Below, one piece after another: positions 40,811 to 50,372 of a DNA stretch of 64,000 nt. The position numbers and the translations under genes were made by a program. The notes beneath the pieces are model-generated. The model searched no databases. It was not told where the DNA came from and saw only the letters and a list, made by a program, of their open reading frames with translations. How positions within the stretch are numbered: the first letter of the stretch is position 1; each line of letters begins with the position of its first letter. The stretch comes from an uncultured bacterium (lineage in GTDB: Bacteria > Oederibacteriota > Oederibacteriia > Oederibacteriales > Oederibacteriaceae): NCBI GenBank assembly GCA_965112635.1, contig OZ218778.1, positions 416,001 through 480,000 on the forward strand. The letters run 5' to 3'.

Positions 40811-41337
40811 GGTTCAAAATCCGGATAGCTCAAGTCTTTCTCAGAAATGGCGGTGACGGGCAAAGGCCATTTGATCCCAAAGGCCGGATCATCCCAGCGC
40901 ACCCCTTGAGCGGACTCCTTGTGGAAATAACTGGACATCTGGTAAAAGACCTCGGTGCGATCCTGTAGGGTCTGAAAACCGTGCGCCAAACCCTTGGGAA
41001 TATAGAGCATCCTATGATTGTCGGCCGAAAGTTCCACGGCATAGGTTTTTTTGAAGGTTGGGGAATGAGGGCGGAGGTCAACGACCAGATCCAGGATAGC
41101 GCCCCGGGTGCAGCGGACGACCTTGCATTCTTCATGGGGGGCCGCTTGAAAATGCATCCCCCTGACCGTTCCCTTTTTGTGGTTAAAGGAAATGTTGCAC
41201 TGGACCAGCTCCGGCTCCAGGCTGTGATCGACGAACTCTTGATGGCACCAGCTTCTGGCAAAAAACCCCCGTTCGTCGCTCAGGGGATCCAGATCGATGA
41301 CCCAAACGTCTTGGAGGGGAGTTTCCAAAAATTTCAC
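40807..41337 (-). CDS. rfbC: NDP-4-keto-6-deoxyhexose 3,5-(or 5-)epimerase (RmlC family)
   Basis: DERGFF, RGMHFQ, KVVRC, AHGFQT, WDDP. Confidence 0.88.
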   Translation of the reverse strand: MKFLETPLQDVWVIDLDPLSDERGFFARSWCHQEFVDHSLEPELVQCNISFNHKKGTVRGMHFQAAPHEECKVVRCTRGAILDLVVDLRPHSPTFKKTYAVELSADNHRMLYIPKGLAHGFQTLQDRTEVFYQMSSYFHKESAQGVRWDDPAFGIKWPLPVTAISEKDLSYPDFEP

Positions 41338-42569
41338 GGGAGGACCTCGGTCTCAGGGATAGGAACGACGAATTGGCCTCCCCACTCTTTGATATAGGAC
41401 ATTTGTGCCATGACCTCGCTCTTCAAATTCCAGGGGAGGATCAGTAAATAGTCCGGCTTGGTTTTTTTTATCCTATCCGGGGAAAAGATGGGGATATGGG
41501 TTCCCGGCAGGAAATGGTTCTGTTTATAAGGGCTCCTATCTACCACATAGTCGATCAGGTCTGTCCGGACCCCGCAATAGTTCAAAAGGGTATTGCCTTT
41601 GGCCGCCGCCCCATATCCCACCACGACCTTTCCCTTTTCTTTGGTTTTTATCAGGAATTCCAAAAGCTTGCCTTTGGCCCGAACAGCCTTTTGGCCGAAC
41701 GAGGTATAAGTCTCCAGCTGGTCCAGACCGGCTCTGATCTCCTTGTCCTTGAGCGAGGCGACCCTGGGGCTCAGGGCCTGGATGCCGGTATCCTCATGCT
41801 GCCCATAGATCCGCAAAGACCCGCCGTGAGTGGGCAGCTCTTCCACATCGAACAAAATCAGTCCGTGTTTCTTGAATATGGCTTCCACCACCATGAAAGA
41901 GAGGTAGGAAAAATGTTCGTGGTAAATGGTGTCGAACTGGTTCTTCTCCATCAGCTGTAGGAGATGGGGAAATTCCATGGTGATCACCCCGGCGTCTTGC
42001 AGGATCACCTTCATGCCGGCCACAAAATCATTGATGTCCGGCACATGGGCCAGCACATTGTTGCCCAGGAGCAGGTCAGCTTGGACGCCTGAGTCTTTCA
42101 GCTCTTTTGCGGTTTGGACGCCGAAAAACTCGACCAAGGTTGGTATGCCTTTTTCTTCCGCTACCTTGGCAACATTTTTTGCCGGCTCGATGCCGAGAAT
42201 GGGGATGTTTTTCTTTTTGAAATACTGGAGCAGGTAACCGTCGTTACTGGCGATCTCGATCACCTGGCTGTCTTCGCCAAGCGCGAATCTTTCCGTCATC
42301 GCTTGGACATACTGGGCGCAATGGCTTAGCCAGGCGTCGGCATAGGAGGAGAAATAGGCATAATCGCTGAAAATATTCTCAGGGCTTTCAAATTCTTCCA
42401 GCTGAACCAGGAAACATTTATCGCACACATAGGCATGGAGCGGATAAAAAGGCTCCATTTTCTTGAGGTTTTCGGGTTTAACATAAGCATTGGAAAGCGG
42501 GGACATGCCCAGGTCGACAAAGGTCTTTGTTAAAGAAGCCCCGCAAAACCTGCATTTTCCGGTGTTCAT
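41334..42569 (-). CDS. NDP-hexose C-methyltransferase (TylC3/NovU/EryBIII family)
   Basis: CRFC..DLGMSPLSN, CDKCFLVQ, EIASNDG, FDTIYHEH, THGGSLR, YGAAAKG, PGTHIPI, LPWN. Confidence 0.9.
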   Translation of the reverse strand: MNTGKCRFCGASLTKTFVDLGMSPLSNAYVKPENLKKMEPFYPLHAYVCDKCFLVQLEEFESPENIFSDYAYFSSYADAWLSHCAQYVQAMTERFALGEDSQVIEIASNDGYLLQYFKKKNIPILGIEPAKNVAKVAEEKGIPTLVEFFGVQTAKELKDSGVQADLLLGNNVLAHVPDINDFVAGMKVILQDAGVITMEFPHLLQLMEKNQFDTIYHEHFSYLSFMVVEAIFKKHGLILFDVEELPTHGGSLRIYGQHEDTGIQALSPRVASLKDKEIRAGLDQLETYTSFGQKAVRAKGKLLEFLIKTKEKGKVVVGYGAAAKGNTLLNYCGVRTDLIDYVVDRSPYKQNHFLPGTHIPIFSPDRIKKTKPDYLLILPWNLKSEVMAQMSYIKEWGGQFVVPIPETEVLP

Positions 42570-43632
42570 TTACCCTCCCTGGCCATATAGTCTTCGATCT
42601 GCATATCGGTAAATCCGCGCATATCCCGTTTTTCTTGATAAGCCTTATACCAATCAGCGGTCCATTTCAAGGCCGTGGCCAGGTCCAATTTAGGATGCCA
42701 TCCCAGTCTTGTATTAGCCTTGGTGGTGTCCAATTTTAAGAGGCGGGCTTCATGGGGATGCATCCGGGCATCTTTTTTCCAGGCAGCTTTACCTCTCCAC
42801 TCTTGGGCCAATCTATCAACCACCCAGGAAACAGGTTTACACCCCTCTTTTTTGGGCCGAAATTCCACCCCTCGGCGAATTCGTCCCCTTTCTGCCATAA
42901 TTTTTCCACGAGTTCCATATATCCGAAAACAGGTTCCAGGACATGCTGCCAGGGCCGCACCGCGCCGGGATGGCGCAGTACCACAGGCCTCCCAGCCATA
43001 AAGGAGCGCATGACATCGGGGACCAGCCTGTCTTTGGCCCAATCCCCCCCGCCAAAGACATTCCCAGCCCTGGCCGAAGCGACCGCAGCCGATCCTTTTC
43101 TCACCGAAAAAAAGGACCTCCGGTATGAGGCGACTGCAAGCTCCGCGCAACCTTTGCTGCTGGAATAGGGGTCGTGCCCGCCCATGGTATCCTCTTCGCG
43201 GTAACCCCTGGCCCACTCCCTGTTCTCATAGCATTTATCCGTGGTGATGATCAAAACCGCCCTGGTCCCTCTGGTTTGACGGACCGCCTCCAGGACATTG
43301 ACCGTCCCCATGAGGTTAGTATCAAAGGTTTCGACGGGGAATCGGTAGGAATGCCGCAGGATAGCTTGAGCCGCCATATGAATAACGATCTCAGGTCTGT
43401 ATTTTTTCATGACCCGGACCAGAGGGTTCAGATCTCGGATGTCTCCCTTCCGGGAGACCATCCCTTGATCCACCTGGAGGATCTCGAACAGGCTGGGACG
43501 GGTGGGAGGATCCAGTGAATAGCCAATGAGCCTAGCACCCATCTTTTTCAGGATTACGGAAAGCCATCCACCCTTAAAACCGGTATGACCGGTCAACAGG
43601 ACCCTTTTCCCTTTCCAAAACTGCGGGGTCAT
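42566..43632 (-). CDS. rfbG: CDP-glucose 4,6-dehydratase split by a -1 frameshift at 42847-42853 (about 355 aa if rejoined)
   Basis: [44 protein letters not shown] and WNFGP in one frame; [15 protein letters not shown] in the -1 frame. Confidence 0.9.
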
Positions 43633-44399
43633 CCCCACATCCTCCACGGAGCTTTTCCCGAAGACCACAGGTCGTTGAGATAGTGCTTGTCCCGGAGAGT
43701 ATCCATGGGTTGCCAAAATCCTTCATGCTTGTAGGCGTTAAGCTCTCCCTCTTGGGCCAGCCGCTCTAGTGGCTCCCTTTCCCATACCGTCGAGTCGCTC
43801 TGGATATAATCGATGACCTTGTGAGAGAGTACGAAAAACCCCCCATTGATCCACCCTCCGTCCCCTTGAGGCTTTTCCTGAAAACCGGTCACGGCTTGAC
43901 CTTTCATTTGTAAAGCTCCAAAACGGCCTGGCTGACGGGTCGCGGTCAGGGTGGCCAACCGTTTTGACCGTTTATGAAAGGAGAGGAGTTCGGCCAGGTG
44001 CACATCGCCCACTCCATCCCCATAGGTCATACAAAAATCTTTGCCCTCCAGATAGTCCCGTATCCGCTTCAACCGCCCGCCGGTCATGGTGCTTTCACCG
44101 GTGTCTACCAGGGTCACTTTCCAGGGTTCCGCGCTGTTCTGATGGACCTTCATGCGATTGTGCTTCATATCAAAGGTCACATCCGACATATGGAGGAAGT
44201 AGTTAGCAAAATATTCTTTGATCAAATACCCCTTATACCCCAGGCAAATAATGAACTCGTTGAGCCCAAAATGGGAATAGATCTTCATGATATGCCAAAG
44301 GATCGGCTTCCCCCCGATCTCGATCATGGGTTTGGGCTTGAGGTCTGTCTCTTCTGAAAGCCGCGTCCCCATTCCACCCGCTAAAATGACAACCTTCAT
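43629..44399 (-). CDS. rfbF: Glucose-1-phosphate cytidylyltransferase
   Basis: [48 protein letters not shown]. Confidence 0.94.
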   Translation of the reverse strand: MKVVILAGGMGTRLSEETDLKPKPMIEIGGKPILWHIMKIYSHFGLNEFIICLGYKGYLIKEYFANYFLHMSDVTFDMKHNRMKVHQNSAEPWKVTLVDTGESTMTGGRLKRIRDYLEGKDFCMTYGDGVGDVHLAELLSFHKRSKRLATLTATRQPGRFGALQMKGQAVTGFQEKPQGDGGWINGGFFVLSHKVIDYIQSDSTVWEREPLERLAQEGELNAYKHEGFWQPMDTLRDKHYLNDLWSSGKAPWRMWG

Positions 44400-44456
44400 A
44401 TCATTCCTCGTTTCAATCACTCAGGTTTAAAAGGAGGTCCTCACAGAGCTGATTTA

Positions 44457-47400
44457 CTATATCATTTTAGTCTTAAAATTTGGAGGAGCGTCCTCCAAGT
44501 TCGGGTTATAGTAAGGATCAACCTTGGTTTTCCATCGCCACAGTTTGACGAACAGGTCTATTTCCTTTTGGCTTACGCTCTTTTCGCGATTTTGAGATTC
44601 GTAATGGTAAAACAGGCCGAAGGGCGTATACACGATCCGGTAGCCGGCTTCGTGGACCCGGAGGCAATAATCGATATCATTGTAATTCACCGCGAATTCC
44701 TCATTGAACCCCTTCAATTTTTTGAACAGGTCCCTGCGCGTCATCATGCACGCACCCGTCACCGCCAGATAGTTGCGGTTTCCGCAGAGATTGAAAAAGT
44801 GCCCTGGAAAATCCCCGGGATATCCCCTAAAGACATGGTCCGGCAGGCCGTCAATGAATGACACACCGCCATGCTGGAGCGTGCCGTCCCCGTAAAGGAG
44901 TTTGGGACCCACAACGCCCACATGGCAGTTTTGCATGATCCCAACCATACCTTCGAGCCAGTCCGGGCTGATCAGCTTCACGTCGTCGTTCATAAAAAAA
45001 AGGAATTCGCCTTTGGCTACCCTTGCCCCTAGGTTCATTTTTTTAGCTACATTGAAGACCGGCTCCCTATAATGAACGAACTCCTTGGCAAGTCTTCTCA
45101 CATGCTTTAGGGTTTTCTCGCGCAGGTCTCCGTTATCCACTACAATGATCTCAAAATTCCGATAGGAACTTTTCTTCACGATGGACTCTATACATTCAGC
45201 CAAAAGATCGGTTTTATGTCCTTTGACCTCCGCGTCCCTGCCCGCGCTAGGTATTACGATCGACACCAAAGGTTCATCCTTGACCTCATACCGGACATAA
45301 AAGCATCCGGCAAAAGGGCTGTTGCTGACCTTGGCTTTTCCGTTCTTCCTTTCAACACGGCCGCCCAATGCTTTAATAGCGGCATCGGTAACATAATGTT
45401 TTTGCTCCATGGTCAAAGCTGTGGAACCAGGAATGGCTCGCCAGTGATAGAAAACTTTGGGAATATGTTTGATCTTTCTGGCTTTTTCTGTGAATCTTAG
45501 AACAAAATCAAAATCCTGCGCACCTTCATACCCAAGCCGCATGCCTCCTAGTTCCTTGACCAGAGAGGACCTATAACAAGCTAAGTGCGCGATATACATG
45601 CAGGATTCAAGGTATTCCGGAGACCAGTCCGGCTTGAAGAAAGGTTCGTAGCGCTGTCCCCGGATGCTGATTTTATCCTCATCGCTGTATATCAGATCTA
45701 TTTCCCGGTCCTGGTTGAGCATCCGGGCAAATTCAAAAAGCGCATCAGGAGAAATTTCGTCGTCATGATCCATAAGACAAATATAATCCCCCGTGGCAAG
45801 TTCGAGGGCGGAATTGGTGGAAGCTGAGATATGACCGTTTTTTTCGCGGAAGACAACTTTGATCCTGGGATCCTTGTCGCGGTATCTCTCCAGGACTCGT
45901 CTTACATGGGACTGAGTGGAGGCGTCATCGGCCAGGCATATTTCAAAATCCGGATAGATCTGACCTAGGATAGAATCCAAGCAGGCATTCAGCCAATGCT
46001 CTTCTACATTATAGACCGGGATGGCAAAAGAAAATCGAGGACGCCAGCTGAAAGATTTGATCTCATTAGACATTTGGACGCAATCCTGATCCGTAAAGGT
46101 ATGTTTTTTTAGCCAGAACTGGTACCGTTCATAATCCAATCTATCCAAGGACTGGAACTGCCCTCTAAGCCGTTGCTTTAAAGAGGCGTATCCCTCGGTA
46201 AGCATTATTCTAAGGACCTTCAGAGCAAATGTCTTCAAGGTCCCCTGACTAAAGTGATGTTGAAGCTTTTTAACAATGACCGTGAAGCCGATCTCCAAGC
46301 GGGTAACTTGATAAAGTTCAAGACCAGCTAAGGCGAACTCTGTCGCGTCCGGGAAAGGAACCACTTTGATTTGCAAAATATCACTATTTAATGGGAGAAA
46401 GACCGGCCTCATTTTGATATCAGAGAATCGGATAATCAAAGGATTGGTCACGATAAATCCTTGACCATAATTGAAATACAAATAAATCATTTCTGGCATC
46501 GGAACCGACCCCTGATAGGATACCTTAACCCAGCCTCGCGGAAGTTCAGCCTCTAAAATGAATTCAGAGCTTGGCCTGGCCATCCTCCATCGATTCTCTT
46601 TGTCAAGGATAGGTTCCACATCAAGAAAAGGTTTAAATTTTATAGGGACCTTTTTTCTTAAAAAAAACATTTTCTGTTTTTTGGGACCAAGAAAGCTCCT
46701 AAGATAATTCTCACGCTCTTCCGTTGTGGTCGGCTTATACGATCTCGTCGGGTCCAGGCTCAGGAGTCGGGCATAGTAACGGACATCCGGTATATGGTCA
46801 GCATAGGTTCTCGTAAATGTTCCCAGTTCTAGAGAAGGGACCAAATCATCCAGATTTTTGGCGCACAGGCCGGACATGAAAGGCGTAAAGACAATCCTTT
46901 TCTTTTGTCTCATGGCATGGGCCCCTGTCCAGGCACCCAAAAAAATCAGAGAGCCACCTGCCCACCTGCCATTTTCCAAAAGCTCCAACAAAAAGGACGC
47001 ATCAATAACTGAAAGGGCACTGGAAACTGCGCTAACCGAATGCGGCTTCCACATCTGGCCGAAATATCCCGGCTTGTCCTTAGAATACCCTCGATCCGGA
47101 CAGCCCACCGCTCCTCCAAACCCGAAGTAGTCCCCTGCGGCCAAGAGATCTCCCTTTTCATTGAAAATCCTTCCTCCGACCATGACCGTATCAGGAAAAA
47201 GCTCGAAATATTTCAGCGTTTCCCAAGGCCAGGAACTCCCCTCCGTTTTGACCCCCTGATAGAGCGTATGGACATATCCTCCGGCTTGCGCTGTATCTCT
47301 TACTAGATCGGCTATCTCCTTGGGTGTCGCCACCAATGGGACCGCTCTTACCTGATGAACAGGATAGGCCGCGGAGTTCAAAAGAGCACCGCCATCAAAG

Positions 47401-49220
47401 GTCTCCGGATCGTCGCAAAAAACCAAGGTCAGGAAAGGTTTGGAATTTTTATGACCCGGAAAAATGTGCCAATCCGGTGTTTTCTTGTCAAAAAGCGGGC
47501 TCAGACCGATAGTATATTGTTCGGATGGCCGACAAGATGTCAGGTACTTCCCTATAACGTGTTTTTGGGAATCATAGACATAAGCTTTGGATTCGATATT
47601 CAAGGCGCAAGAATCCGAATGCATGCGCCAGCTATAGAGGATCTCAGGGACGTGTACCGGAACTTGTCCGGCAAGTGTAAAACGCATGAAAGTGTCCCAG
47701 TCGTGACATCCTTCGGCCTGGGGATCGGAATAGACACCCAACTTCAAAGCGGTTTCCCTATGAATAGCGCCTAAATGGGCTATATAACAGGAGTGGGTAA
47801 AAAGGACCGGGTCCCAGTCGGGTTTAAGGTAGGGATCGCTCCGCGTTTCTTTCCATCTTTTTTCCTGTTCAATATAAATGAGCCGGATCTTATCTTCATC
47901 GGAATAAAAAAGGTGTGCATTCGGGTTTTTGCGGATATACCACTCCATGATGCGGAGGCTGTCTGGATAAAGGGTATCGTCCGAATCCATGGGGAGAATG
48001 AACCGTCCCTTGGCCTGTTCCAGGCAATATCGCATGCCACCCATTATCCCCAGGTTGTTCTCCACGCGAAAAAGTCTGACCTGTTTATTTTGACCTAACC
48101 TCTTGAGGAACTGGACCGTATCAGGAGCCGTGGAACCATTGTCCAACACGATCCATTCGAAAGAGGGTCGGCCTTTTTGGGACCGTACGCTTCGAGCTAA
48201 AGCTTCTAAATATCGGACCTGGGTATTCCAGGTGCACGTTAATAGCGACATGGTTTTTGCTTCGTTAGGCGCTTTGAAACCATGCGAAATACGTTCCAAC
48301 CACCCATCCTGGTAGCTGTTTCGGCGGTCCCGGACCCTCTTTCGTATCCATAGTTCGTATTCATTCTCATCTCGCATGCCCAGCAAGAACTTCAGGAGGC
48401 GCTTGATTGCTCGGCCCGGCACTGTCCCGAGGAATTTACGGACCATGGGGTTCATTTTAAGCTTTTCTTTGAGGGTTGTTGGGGCCGCTTCCTCGCGTTT
48501 TTTCTGTTCTTCGTGGCGCTGGTTTTCCAGCTCTTTCTCATGAGATAAGACCCTGGCCGTGAGTTTCTCCGTAAAGAGGATCAGATCTTCTTCAGAGATG
48601 GACGGTCCTTTTTTGAAGACCATGGCCTGAAGTGTCAGGACATCGGGATTGAGTGTGGCATCAGGGTGAAAGCCGTTCTCTCGGAATATTCTGGCCCAAT
48701 ACAAAATGGGACGCACATTGATATGGGTCGGTTCGGTAAAATCCGTGGGGGAAGAGGAAAAAAGCACGGCCCCGGCCTTTTCCGTGAGATGCTTGATGCA
48801 TGCCCGGCCATCTTGATCCGTCAGATGCTCCACAACCTCAATGCAGGTGACAAGATCATATTCTCGGTTAAGCGGTTCGGTCGCCAAGCCTACCCGGCAG
48901 TAGGGACGGATGTCTTCACGAACTTGGCTGATAGCGTACTTGGACACGTCCACGCCGTAAGCCAGGACACCGCGGTCCCGGAGCGCCTCCACCAGGAAAC
49001 CTTTGGCGCAGCCCACGTCCATGACGGTTCTAGGCTTAAGGTTCTGAACGATCCAGTCCGCCACTTTCCCAAAAAAGTCTAGAAAATGCGGATGACTCCG
49101 GTCGTATGGGATTGGGCCACAATTATTTTTATAATACTTTTTGCCGAAAAGGGATTGTGCCTTACCAATATTGATTCCGTCATGTTTTTTCAAGGATCTT
49201 CCCCGCCAAATCAAATCCAA
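44457..49220 (-). CDS. Multidomain methyltransferase + glycosyltransferase (MT-GT2-GT2*-GT2-GT2), WsaE-like polymerase/terminator
   Basis: N-terminal DVGCAKG...EVVEH; GT2 units DNGS..DSDD..YSDED, DDAS..DHDD..YSDED and DNG..MNDD..YNDID, plus one degenerate unit; start uncertain. Confidence 0.82.
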   Translation of the reverse strand: MDLIWRGRSLKKHDGINIGKAQSLFGKKYYKNNCGPIPYDRSHPHFLDFFGKVADWIVQNLKPRTVMDVGCAKGFLVEALRDRGVLAYGVDVSKYAISQVREDIRPYCRVGLATEPLNREYDLVTCIEVVEHLTDQDGRACIKHLTEKAGAVLFSSSPTDFTEPTHINVRPILYWARIFRENGFHPDATLNPDVLTLQAMVFKKGPSISEEDLILFTEKLTARVLSHEKELENQRHEEQKKREEAAPTTLKEKLKMNPMVRKFLGTVPGRAIKRLLKFLLGMRDENEYELWIRKRVRDRRNSYQDGWLERISHGFKAPNEAKTMSLLTCTWNTQVRYLEALARSVRSQKGRPSFEWIVLDNGSTAPDTVQFLKRLGQNKQVRLFRVENNLGIMGGMRYCLEQAKGRFILPMDSDDTLYPDSLRIMEWYIRKNPNAHLFYSDEDKIRLIYIEQEKRWKETRSDPYLKPDWDPVLFTHSCYIAHLGAIHRETALKLGVYSDPQAEGCHDWDTFMRFTLAGQVPVHVPEILYSWRMHSDSCALNIESKAYVYDSQKHVIGKYLTSCRPSEQYTIGLSPLFDKKTPDWHIFPGHKNSKPFLTLVFCDDPETFDGGALLNSAAYPVHQVRAVPLVATPKEIADLVRDTAQAGGYVHTLYQGVKTEGSSWPWETLKYFELFPDTVMVGGRIFNEKGDLLAAGDYFGFGGAVGCPDRGYSKDKPGYFGQMWKPHSVSAVSSALSVIDASFLLELLENGRWAGGSLIFLGAWTGAHAMRQKKRIVFTPFMSGLCAKNLDDLVPSLELGTFTRTYADHIPDVRYYARLLSLDPTRSYKPTTTEERENYLRSFLGPKKQKMFFLRKKVPIKFKPFLDVEPILDKENRWRMARPSSEFILEAELPRGWVKVSYQGSVPMPEMIYLYFNYGQGFIVTNPLIIRFSDIKMRPVFLPLNSDILQIKVVPFPDATEFALAGLELYQVTRLEIGFTVIVKKLQHHFSQGTLKTFALKVLRIMLTEGYASLKQRLRGQFQSLDRLDYERYQFWLKKHTFTDQDCVQMSNEIKSFSWRPRFSFAIPVYNVEEHWLNACLDSILGQIYPDFEICLADDASTQSHVRRVLERYRDKDPRIKVVFREKNGHISASTNSALELATGDYICLMDHDDEISPDALFEFARMLNQDREIDLIYSDEDKISIRGQRYEPFFKPDWSPEYLESCMYIAHLACYRSSLVKELGGMRLGYEGAQDFDFVLRFTEKARKIKHIPKVFYHWRAIPGSTALTMEQKHYVTDAAIKALGGRVERKNGKAKVSNSPFAGCFYVRYEVKDEPLVSIVIPSAGRDAEVKGHKTDLLAECIESIVKKSSYRNFEIIVVDNGDLREKTLKHVRRLAKEFVHYREPVFNVAKKMNLGARVAKGEFLFFMNDDVKLISPDWLEGMVGIMQNCHVGVVGPKLLYGDGTLQHGGVSFIDGLPDHVFRGYPGDFPGHFFNLCGNRNYLAVTGACMMTRRDLFKKLKGFNEEFAVNYNDIDYCLRVHEAGYRIVYTPFGLFYHYESQNREKSVSQKEIDLFVKLWRWKTKVDPYYNPNLEDAPPNFKTKMI

Positions 49221-49239
49221 AAATATTATTCACAACCAG

Positions 49240-50370
49240 TCACATTCGACGAAAGCTAACAACAAATTCATCAGTATGTGCGTAAGGTTCAAATGTTTCT
49301 TCCAAAGAAAGGGGTAAAAGCTTAAGCCTCCTGATCACTTCCCAGCACTCAATGAATGAATCAAGCGTCCAAACATTGCAGTGGACATCATGATAATGAT
49401 TATTTGATAACAGATCGACAGCTGCCTGAAATGCTGATTTCAATTTTTCATCATTATAGGTGGAAGTTTTTACAGGCTTTGGTTCAATGTATGACATAAA
49501 TGCTATAAAATCAAACACCTGCTTGACCGAAGGGCGTTCCAGATTCCGTATGTAGGCATCCACTAGGTCTGATGGGGTGGACAGAGCGCGAAAATGGTCA
49601 AAAGTGCGTGTTTTCTCGGGAATCGCCAAATTGATCAGACCTCCTGGCTTAATGACCGAAGCGATCTGGGACAGCCATCCTATGGGGTTCGGGACATGCT
49701 CTATCACATGTGCCGCAACGCAGTAATCAAAAGTTATATCCTGCGGGATCACATTTCGGATAGGCCCGCCGGACCAGATAAAATCAATATCGCAAATCTT
49801 GTCTATATCTACGTATATCGTTTGATTTGCCTTGTATTTTTTTATGAGACCGTCCCTGTCCGCATGGTCTACATATTTGACATTGGTTTTTTGTTTGGAG
49901 AGAAGCGGGCGGTCAAGCGGACCCAGCTCTATCCCAACCATGGTATCCAGGGATATTCCCCTCAATAGCCGCCTCAAACGCTCTTGATGCCAGGTGCATG
50001 GTGAATTCACCAGATGCGCGCCATTGGGGAAACGGACTTCCAGGGTATCCGAGACGGTCAACGGTTCGGGGAAGTTGAAGTTAAAGCCAGCTTCCCGCGG
50101 CAATCCCGCCGCTGCAAGATCATCCCTGGAGTTATTTGGCGGCACCCGAGCCAGCAATTTACCGTTTAAAAAAAGGTCCACGGAGGATGGCTGTTTTTTT
50201 GAATCAACCGCCCAGCCGGCTATATGGCTTTGGTGGCACATATCTACGTACCCCTGGTAACCGCCCTTATCCTCGGCTCCAAGCGGACGCTTGTTAAAGC
50301 TAAACGCGCTCAGTCCGGATTTGAAAGAAGATAACAATTTGCGTATTGTCCCTTTTTTGTGTTCAGTCAT
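49240..50370 (-). CDS. Class I methyltransferase-domain protein with N-terminal Ig-like domain
   Basis: GYVD..IAGWAVD..RDDL..GF domain, then IELGP, AHVIEH.PNP, KPGG, TFDHFR, DVHCNVW. Confidence 0.72.
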   Translation of the reverse strand: MTEHKKGTIRKLLSSFKSGLSAFSFNKRPLGAEDKGGYQGYVDMCHQSHIAGWAVDSKKQPSSVDLFLNGKLLARVPPNNSRDDLAAAGLPREAGFNFNFPEPLTVSDTLEVRFPNGAHLVNSPCTWHQERLRRLLRGISLDTMVGIELGPLDRPLLSKQKTNVKYVDHADRDGLIKKYKANQTIYVDIDKICDIDFIWSGGPIRNVIPQDITFDYCVAAHVIEHVPNPIGWLSQIASVIKPGGLINLAIPEKTRTFDHFRALSTPSDLVDAYIRNLERPSVKQVFDFIAFMSYIEPKPVKTSTYNDEKLKSAFQAAVDLLSNNHYHDVHCNVWTLDSFIECWEVIRRLKLLPLSLEETFEPYAHTDEFVVSFRRM

Positions 50371-50372
50371 GA

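Noticed and set aside
42566-43216. 216-aa ORF as an independent gene
   Set aside because: Only its last ~95 codons are meaningful, and they are the frameshifted C-terminus of RfbG.
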